From: Candidatus Woesearchaeota archaeon
Lineage (GTDB): Archaea > Nanobdellota > Nanobdellia > Woesearchaeales > ARS49
Direction: 5' to 3'
Assembly (NCBI GenBank): GCA_037445145.1
Contig: JBBILB010000004.1
Location: 15,555-79,554, forward strand
Length of the DNA: 64,000 bases
The notes beneath the pieces were generated by a model, which saw only the letters and a program-made list of their open reading frames with translations, was not told the DNA's origin and searched no databases. The position numbers were made by a program, and so were the translations under genes. Shown in pieces: positions 59,113-64,000 of the stretch (within the stretch, counting starts at the first letter, position 1; each line of letters begins with the position of its first letter).

Positions 59113-59657
59113 TGTTCTATTTCCTTCCCCGGCTTTTCGGTAATGTAAATGCCGTCCTGGAATATCCTCTGATCCTTTTTAGGCTTGAACGTAAGTAGCT
59201 CGAGCAGCCCTGCAGTCTGGCCTGCAAGCTCGCGGTCAACTGCAGTGACTGTTATTTCCTGTCCCGCAATCTTCACGTCAACACCCTTCGGGATTGCGCA
59301 CTCCCTCGGGGTTTTCTCACCGAGGAAATTCTTGAGCACGAACTTGTTTGCGACAATTGCAGCAGTCATTGGGAAGTGCCCTGCGCACAGCTTGAGCCTG
59401 TACACCCACGGCTGCTGGACCCCCCTCACCATATTCTTGAGGTGAGCCAAGAAAGTGTAAAGCATCCGCTTCTCGCGCTTTGTAGCCTTCTTTGCCTTGA
59501 AAACAACCCTCTGACCCTCTACAGTAACGGAAACTCCAGGCGCATACATTCTTCTAGCTAATTCACCCTTCGGACCCTTCACAAGGACATTGCCGTGGTC
59601 AACTGCTACAGTAACGCCCTGCGGCACCTCAAACACTGCCTCATAGTCTATTTTCAT
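59109..59657 (-). CDS. rpl6: 50S ribosomal protein uL6
   Basis: VPQGVTVAVDHGNVLVKGPKGEL..YRLKLCAGHFPM. Confidence 0.95.
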   Translation of the reverse strand: MKIDYEAVFEVPQGVTVAVDHGNVLVKGPKGELARRMYAPGVSVTVEGQRVVFKAKKATKREKRMLYTFLAHLKNMVRGVQQPWVYRLKLCAGHFPMTAAIVANKFVLKNFLGEKTPRECAIPKGVDVKIAGQEITVTAVDRELAGQTAGLLELLTFKPKKDQRIFQDGIYITEKPGKEIEQ

Positions 59658-59659
59658 AG

Positions 59660-60049
59660 TCAGTAACAGTAGGCGATAAGCCTTCCCCCAAGGTTCTGGG
59701 CTTTTGCCTCCTCATGAGTCATCAGCCCCTTGATTGTTGATATTATGAGCACGCCAACGCCTTTTGCGGGCAAAAAGCGCTTCTCAAACTTCTCATACTC
59801 GTCCATTGTGACAGCAAACCTTGGCTTGATAACACCACACTTGTTTATGTTGCCGAGCAAATTCACCTTGACAACGCCGCCACGGGCAGTTGTCACGATT
59901 TCTGTTGTGCCAATGTATCCCTGCGCGTTGAGTATTTCAAGGACTTTCATGGTCATTTTTGAGGCGGGGTGCACCAAGTACTGCTTCTTGCCTGCCAAAT
60001 CATAATTCAGTATTCCGGACAAATTGTTTGCCAATGTGTCATTGAGCAT
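59660..60049 (-). CDS. rps8: 30S ribosomal protein uS8
   Basis: MLNDTLANNLSGILNYDLAGKK..VLEILNAQGYIG..GGRLIAYCY. Confidence 0.95.
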   Translation of the reverse strand: MLNDTLANNLSGILNYDLAGKKQYLVHPASKMTMKVLEILNAQGYIGTTEIVTTARGGVVKVNLLGNINKCGVIKPRFAVTMDEYEKFEKRFLPAKGVGVLIISTIKGLMTHEEAKAQNLGGRLIAYCY

Positions 60050-60058
60050 TTTTTTCCC

Positions 60059-60292
60059 TCAGGTGTATTTCTTGAATCCTATTTTTACGGCAATCTCGCG
60101 GAAGCACTGCCTGCACATGTGCAGGCCATACTTGCTGATATGACCGCCGAAGCGGCCGCAGTTCTCGCAGCGAGCCGTAACAGTCATTCCTGTGCTGCGC
60201 TTCTTGGGCGCGTTGTGCTTCATGTACTTCTTCATCTTGGCAGGCTTTGCCTTTAGCTGGACAAATGCCTTGCGCCAGTCTTTAATAGTCAT
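60059..60292 (-). CDS. rps14: 30S ribosomal protein uS14 (zinc type) with N-terminal extension
   Basis: [40 protein letters not shown] overlap with rpl5 supports the long start (77 aa). Confidence 0.9.
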   Translation of the reverse strand: MTIKDWRKAFVQLKAKPAKMKKYMKHNAPKKRSTGMTVTARCENCGRFGGHISKYGLHMCRQCFREIAVKIGFKKYT

Positions 60293-60807
60293 TCAGCCTC
60301 ACCCACCCTGACATTGAAGTTCTTCTGCATGAATTCCATTGCCTCCTCGCGGGTAACCATATGCCTGCGTGGTATTCTTCTCTTCATCAGGCGCCGGCGC
60401 TTGATGCGGTAGCCCGGGCGCTCAAGGGTCACGCAAACCTCAAGCCCCATTATCCCTATTTTGGGATCGTACGCAACACCCGGAATGTCTATGTATTCCT
60501 GTATTCCAAATGAGACATTGCCGCTGTTATCAAACTGTTCGGGCTTGAGCCTGAAATCCTTTGCGTGCAAAAGACGCTTGAGCAACTCGATTGCAGGCTG
60601 CTTTCTGAGGGTCAGCTTGCATCCTATTGGAAGCCCCGGGCGCAAGCCCCAGTTCGGAATCCTTTTCTGGGTGACAGTCTTGACAGGCTCAATCCCTGTT
60701 ATCGCCTTTATGAGAGAAATGCCTTTCTCAAGCTTCTGCATGTCCTTCCCTGCACCTATGTTCAGGGTGACTTTCTCTATCTTCAGCTGTCTCATTAGGT
60801 TTGTCAT
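60289..60807 (-). CDS. rpl5: 50S ribosomal protein uL5
   Basis: [44 protein letters not shown]. Confidence 0.95.
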   Translation of the reverse strand: MTNLMRQLKIEKVTLNIGAGKDMQKLEKGISLIKAITGIEPVKTVTQKRIPNWGLRPGLPIGCKLTLRKQPAIELLKRLLHAKDFRLKPEQFDNSGNVSFGIQEYIDIPGVAYDPKIGIMGLEVCVTLERPGYRIKRRRLMKRRIPRRHMVTREEAMEFMQKNFNVRVGEAE

Positions 60808-61496
60808 TCTCCCTTAAAAAGCGTTATTGCCGGCTTGTCCTTGCCGACAACAAGCGCGTATTTTTTTGCGGTAACAATTGATTTGCCGTCTGTTGTGAAT
60901 GTTATTTCGTCATTCTCAATCTTCTCAAGCACGCCAACAGTGCCGATGTGCTTTCCGCCAATCAGGTAAATAAGCGCGCCCTTTTCAAGCGCCATGTGTT
61001 GCTGTATTTTCTGGCCAGGCACCTGGATTAGCAGCGAGTCGCCTGTCTTTGTAGAGTCCTTGTCAGCAAGGATGTTGCGGCCGTCGTTTAAGTTGAACTG
61101 CGTCCTGCCTCCTGGAACAACAGTCTTGCCCTCAACCTTGCAGAGCTTGATCCCTGCCTCTGCTTTCGGGATGGGCACCATTTGGAGCCTTCCTTTTTTG
61201 TCAAAAACAACCCTGTAATACTCGTTTGTGCTTGGCAATGCAAAACTATCAAGCAGCCCAACCTGTGACTTCAAATCCCTGACCCTCTTTCCGTCAACAA
61301 GCACTTGGTGGGTGTTCAGGATTTTTTTGGCTTCTGCAGCAGTTGTTGCATACCCAAGCTGCCTAAGCACAAGGGATACCGGCATGCTTTCAGAAAGCTT
61401 GTGCGCACCAGGCATTGGCTTTGCCACGTACTTTGTTGTCCTCCTGCAGATTATCCAGCTTTTCGGCGAATTAATGCGTTTCAGGTGCCTGCTCAT
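60804..61496 (-). CDS. rps4e: 30S ribosomal protein S4e
   Basis: MSRHLKRINSPKSWIICRRTTKYVAKPMPGAHKLSESMP..VLVDGKRVRD. Confidence 0.95.
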   Translation of the reverse strand: MSRHLKRINSPKSWIICRRTTKYVAKPMPGAHKLSESMPVSLVLRQLGYATTAAEAKKILNTHQVLVDGKRVRDLKSQVGLLDSFALPSTNEYYRVVFDKKGRLQMVPIPKAEAGIKLCKVEGKTVVPGGRTQFNLNDGRNILADKDSTKTGDSLLIQVPGQKIQQHMALEKGALIYLIGGKHIGTVGVLEKIENDEITFTTDGKSIVTAKKYALVVGKDKPAITLFKGE

Positions 61497-61867
61497 GCTT
61501 TTGCACCTCCAAGCCGCTTCTTGTCAGAAGTGTCAACTTCCTGAATGATTATTTTTGAAGGATGGATTGGACACATTGCCTTGCTTCCATCCCGCTTAGT
61601 GAACTCAATACCAGTAATGTATACCTTTTGCTCCTTCACGTTGATGCGGTCCACCTTTCCGGTCTTGTTTCTGAATGCGCCACGGACCACCTTTACTTTG
61701 TCGCCAGGCCTGAGCCTGAGCGAGCGACAACCGTACCTCTGCCTCATGTCCTTCTGAAGGTGCGCAGCCACGAAGTCACCCCTTACGTGAAGGGGCGCAT
61801 TGCGCACATACGCACGCTGCTTCCGTACCTGCGCACTTCCTTTCCATGATTTGTTCCAGCTTTTCAT
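61493..61867 (-). CDS. rpl24: 50S ribosomal protein uL24
   Basis: RSLRLRPGDKVKVVRGAFRNKTGKVDRINVKEQKVYITGIE (KOW). Confidence 0.95.
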   Translation of the reverse strand: MKSWNKSWKGSAQVRKQRAYVRNAPLHVRGDFVAAHLQKDMRQRYGCRSLRLRPGDKVKVVRGAFRNKTGKVDRINVKEQKVYITGIEFTKRDGSKAMCPIHPSKIIIQEVDTSDKKRLGGAKA

Positions 61868-61871
61868 GTTT

Positions 61872-62273
61872 TCACACTATTATGCTTGCAATCTTTGCCA
61901 CTGCAGGCCATCTCTCGGCCACTTCCTTAGCTACAGGACCCTTTATCATCGTGCCCTTGGGGTTGCCGAACTCGTCCTTGAGCACAGCAGCGGCATTGTC
62001 AGCGAACTTGACTCTTGTCCCGTCAGGCCTCCTGAATTCCTTTTTCTGCCTGACAATTACTGCCTGCACAACCTGCTTGCGCATTTCAGGCTTGCCTTCA
62101 ACCACAGACGCAATGATGACATCGCCTATTCCGGCTGCCTCGTACCTGCCTGTGCGCGTCTTGTGGCCCTTAACTGTTATTATCTTGAGTGTTTTTGCCC
62201 CGGAGTTGTCGCACGTTGGTATGCGCGCGTTATGCGGCAACGGCCGCCCTATATGTGCCTTTATGTCCTTCAT
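61872..62273 (-). CDS. rpl14: 50S ribosomal protein uL14
   Basis: CDNSGAKTLKIITVKG..AGIGDVIIASVVEGKPEMRKQVVQAVIVRQKKEFRRPDG. Confidence 0.95.
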   Translation of the reverse strand: MKDIKAHIGRPLPHNARIPTCDNSGAKTLKIITVKGHKTRTGRYEAAGIGDVIIASVVEGKPEMRKQVVQAVIVRQKKEFRRPDGTRVKFADNAAAVLKDEFGNPKGTMIKGPVAKEVAERWPAVAKIASIIV

Positions 62274-62662
62274 CTCTTTGCCTCCGCCTCTTCATCAGCT
62301 TCCTTTTTCCTCACTTTTGCTTCTTCAAGGAGGGCGGCGCGTTCCTCAAAGAGGCGCTCTGCACCCAGCTTTTCGGTAATTACGAAGTGCTTTGTCTTGC
62401 TGATAGGCCTGCATTCCGATATGCGGACAATATCCCCTGGCTTGGCATTGATGCATTCTGGGTTGTGGACGTTTATTTTTGTGCGGCGGCGCTCGTAACG
62501 CTCGTACTTTGGCACATAATAACTCCTCTCCCACTCAACTATTGCCGTGTTTTGGGCGCGCGCAGAGAGCACTGTAGCAACGAATGTTCTTCCACGAGTC
62601 CTTATGCTCCCGTGCATCGGACAATGTGCATCATTGCAGGTTTCTGCCATTTTTTGCCTCAC
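62270..62662 (-). CDS. rps17: 30S ribosomal protein uS17 with acidic/basic C-terminal tail
   Basis: CNDAHCPMHGSIRTRGRTFVATVLSARAQNTAIVEWERSYYVPKYERYERRRTKINVHNP..GDIVRISECRPISKTKHFVI. Confidence 0.95.
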   Translation of the reverse strand: MRQKMAETCNDAHCPMHGSIRTRGRTFVATVLSARAQNTAIVEWERSYYVPKYERYERRRTKINVHNPECINAKPGDIVRISECRPISKTKHFVITEKLGAERLFEERAALLEEAKVRKKEADEEAEAKR

Positions 62663-62988
62663 TTTATAACGATTGCTTCAGGGGCGAACCCCATTTCCAC
62701 AAGGAGGTCCCGGACCTTGTTCTTGTGGTCGCGCTCGGCTGCGGGGGTGTCCCCGCCTCCGCCCTGGAGCTCTATGCGCCCTTCCTTGACCGTTCCGCCG
62801 CAGGCAAGTTTTGCCTTCAGCTTCTTGGCGAGCTGGTTAAGATCAATGTCGCTGATTCCTGTGATAATCGTATATTTCTTGCCGAACTTCTTCTGCTCGA
62901 TTGCGACGGTGACCTTCTGGGTCTCCTTCGCAATGCTCTCGCATACGCAAAGTTCTTGCGGCAAGCCACACCGCACACATACAGTCAT
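62659..62988 (-). CDS. sui1: Translation initiation factor aIF1 (SUI1)
   Basis: CVRCGLPQELCVCESIAKETQKVTVAIEQKKFGKKYTIITGI..LAKKLKAKLACGGTVKEGRIELQG..DHKNKVRDLLVEMGF. Confidence 0.9.
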   Translation of the reverse strand: MTVCVRCGLPQELCVCESIAKETQKVTVAIEQKKFGKKYTIITGISDIDLNQLAKKLKAKLACGGTVKEGRIELQGGGGDTPAAERDHKNKVRDLLVEMGFAPEAIVIK

Positions 62989-63191
62989 GCTTTTTTAGTC
63001 CCCTCCTGTTTGCCTGCAAGAACCGTTTCGATTCTTGCAATTGTTTTTTTCGCAAGCCTAAGCTTGCGCGGATTTTTTGGAACAGTGCCTATTGCGACCT
63101 GTGCGTTCTCTTTCATAAGGTCCTTCTTGAGTTCAAGCATCTTGCTTTTCAGCTCTGCAGGCGGCAATGCCTTGAGTTCCTTGAATTTCAT
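62985..63191 (-). CDS. rpl29: 50S ribosomal protein uL29
   Basis: MKFKELKALPPAELKSKMLELKKDLMKENAQVAIG. Confidence 0.93.
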   Translation of the reverse strand: MKFKELKALPPAELKSKMLELKKDLMKENAQVAIGTVPKNPRKLRLAKKTIARIETVLAGKQEGTKKA

Positions 63192-63895
63192 TGTGCAACC
63201 CCCTCTTTCCCGAGCTCAGTTGCCGGCTTTGGAGCTCTTTTTTTCCTTGCCCTTGGCTTTTTCTGTGGCTCTTCTTTTGCCGGCTCTGTGACAGGGAGCT
63301 CCTTTTTTACTTCTATGTCGTCAACAAGCTTAACCCCTGGAGGCATGATTGCGACCTTTATGCCGATTGTCCCTGCGCGCAGTGTTGCGAATGTTGTTGC
63401 GCGCCTTATCTGGGTCAGAGCGACATTTCCGCATTTCTTCAGGTAGCCTGAATAGAACCGCCATGACTTTGCGCGGGCGCTCGGAACCTTGCCCGATATC
63501 CTTATTTCAATGCCGAGCGCGCCTGCATTCATGACATCTTGCATTGTCTTGTGGCCTATCGCCTTGAACTTCTGGATGCCAAAACGCTCAATCGTTGAGG
63601 CAATCCTTTCAGCAACTATTTGCGCGTCAAGGTTGGGGTTTTCCACTTCTGCAATCTCTACCTGCGGGTTCTCAAGGTTGAAGCGCCTCTTGAGCGTGTT
63701 TGTGAGCTTCTTAATGTTCTCGCCCTTCTTTCCAACCACAAGCCCCGGTCTGGACGCCGAGATTATTATTTTCTCTCCGAGCGGGGTCCTAACAAGCTTT
63801 GTCACGCTGTGCCCAACATTCTTCAGGGTTTGCTCTATATACTGCTGTATCTGGAATTCCTTTACCCTTTCCGCAACAAATTTGCGCTCAATCAT
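63188..63895 (-). CDS. rps3: 30S ribosomal protein uS3 with Lys/Pro-rich C-terminal tail
   Basis: KH domain IIISASRPGLVVGKKGENIKKL; GALGIEIRISGK. The tail is EPAKEEPQKKPRARKKRAPKPATE. Confidence 0.95.
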   Translation of the reverse strand: MIERKFVAERVKEFQIQQYIEQTLKNVGHSVTKLVRTPLGEKIIISASRPGLVVGKKGENIKKLTNTLKRRFNLENPQVEIAEVENPNLDAQIVAERIASTIERFGIQKFKAIGHKTMQDVMNAGALGIEIRISGKVPSARAKSWRFYSGYLKKCGNVALTQIRRATTFATLRAGTIGIKVAIMPPGVKLVDDIEVKKELPVTEPAKEEPQKKPRARKKRAPKPATELGKEGVAQ

Positions 63896-64000
63896 TTCTT
63901 TGCAACCTCTTTGCCTTCTGCTTTTTGCTCCTTGACCTCTGCAACTATCACTTCAACATGCGCGCGCTTTGCCTGCCTCCTCCTGTGCCTTCCATAGCGG
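63892..64000 (-). CDS. rpl22: 50S ribosomal protein uL22, C-terminal fragment (gene continues beyond the window edge)
   Basis: The minus strand reads ..RYGRHRRRQAKRAHVEVIVAEVKEQKAEGKEVAKK-stop. ATGA overlap with the rps3 start. The position upstream of uS3 is canonical. Confidence 0.8.
   Translation of the reverse strand, partial: RYGRHRRRQAKRAHVEVIVAEVKEQKAEGKEVAKK

Noticed and set aside
61800-63291. Plus-strand ORFs of 232, 177, 269 and 235 aa across the ribosomal cluster.
   Set aside because: They are antisense to uL14, uS17, SUI1, uL29 and uS3. Such long shadow ORFs are common opposite highly expressed genes.
1-64000. Looked for rRNA, tRNA, CRISPR arrays, transposases, integrases and toxin-antitoxin pairs.
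   Set aside because: No T-loop or anticodon-arm patterns in any intergenic region I read. No regularly spaced direct repeats. No DDE, tyrosine- or serine-recombinase-like ORFs. A proper tRNAscan/Infernal run is still advisable.

Overview
Gene-dense archaeal chromosomal segment. I infer a small-genome, possibly DPANN-like lineage from PolD, a histone, compact overlapping genes, missing adk/cmk slots and giant surface proteins. Most of the window is information-processing core. The right end (54457-64000, minus strand) is the S10/spc ribosomal cluster: uL22(partial)-uS3-uL29-aIF1/SUI1-uS17-uL14-uL24-S4e-uL5-uS14-uS8-uL6-L32e-L19e-uL18-uS5-uL30-uL15-SecY, followed by a DUF106/YidC-like insertase and TBP. 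Replication and repair genes are unusually concentrated: RFC small subunit, FEN1, Hjc, Orc1/Cdc6-PolD DP1-PolD DP2, an RPA-like OB protein and MCM. A strongly AT-rich putative oriC (40029-40456) with two inverted ORB-like boxes lies directly upstream of cdc6. Also present are PheRS alpha/beta, TyrRS, PAN, Trm5, tRNA-splicing endonuclease, RNase Z, RNase P Rpp30, pelota, aIF2-beta, TFE, a histone, L34e, L14e, an RsuA/RluB-type pseudouridine synthase, a ThiI-like/TtuA-like gene pair, two TrmB-family paralogs and a 3-gene ABC-2 transporter. Two accessory cell-surface loci stand out. (1) 11-9363 (minus) is a translationally coupled four-gene operon of cysteine-rich secreted proteins ending in a 1693-aa giant type-I surface protein. 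(2) 19188-26140 holds two tandem tyrosine-rich secreted proteins, divergent from a five-gene operon. That operon encodes a protein with a pilin-like signal, a 5-TM protein and three lipobox proteins; four of the five share one ~270-aa double beta-sandwich domain that I do not recognise. This operon is my best candidate for an undescribed system. I found no rRNA, tRNA, CRISPR array, transposase or integrase by eye. Operon-first genes typically carry a TTTATATA/TTTAAATA box 22-34 nt upstream of the ATG (leaderless or short-leader), while internal genes use GGAGG/GGTGA SD-like sites or ATGA/TAATG overlaps.
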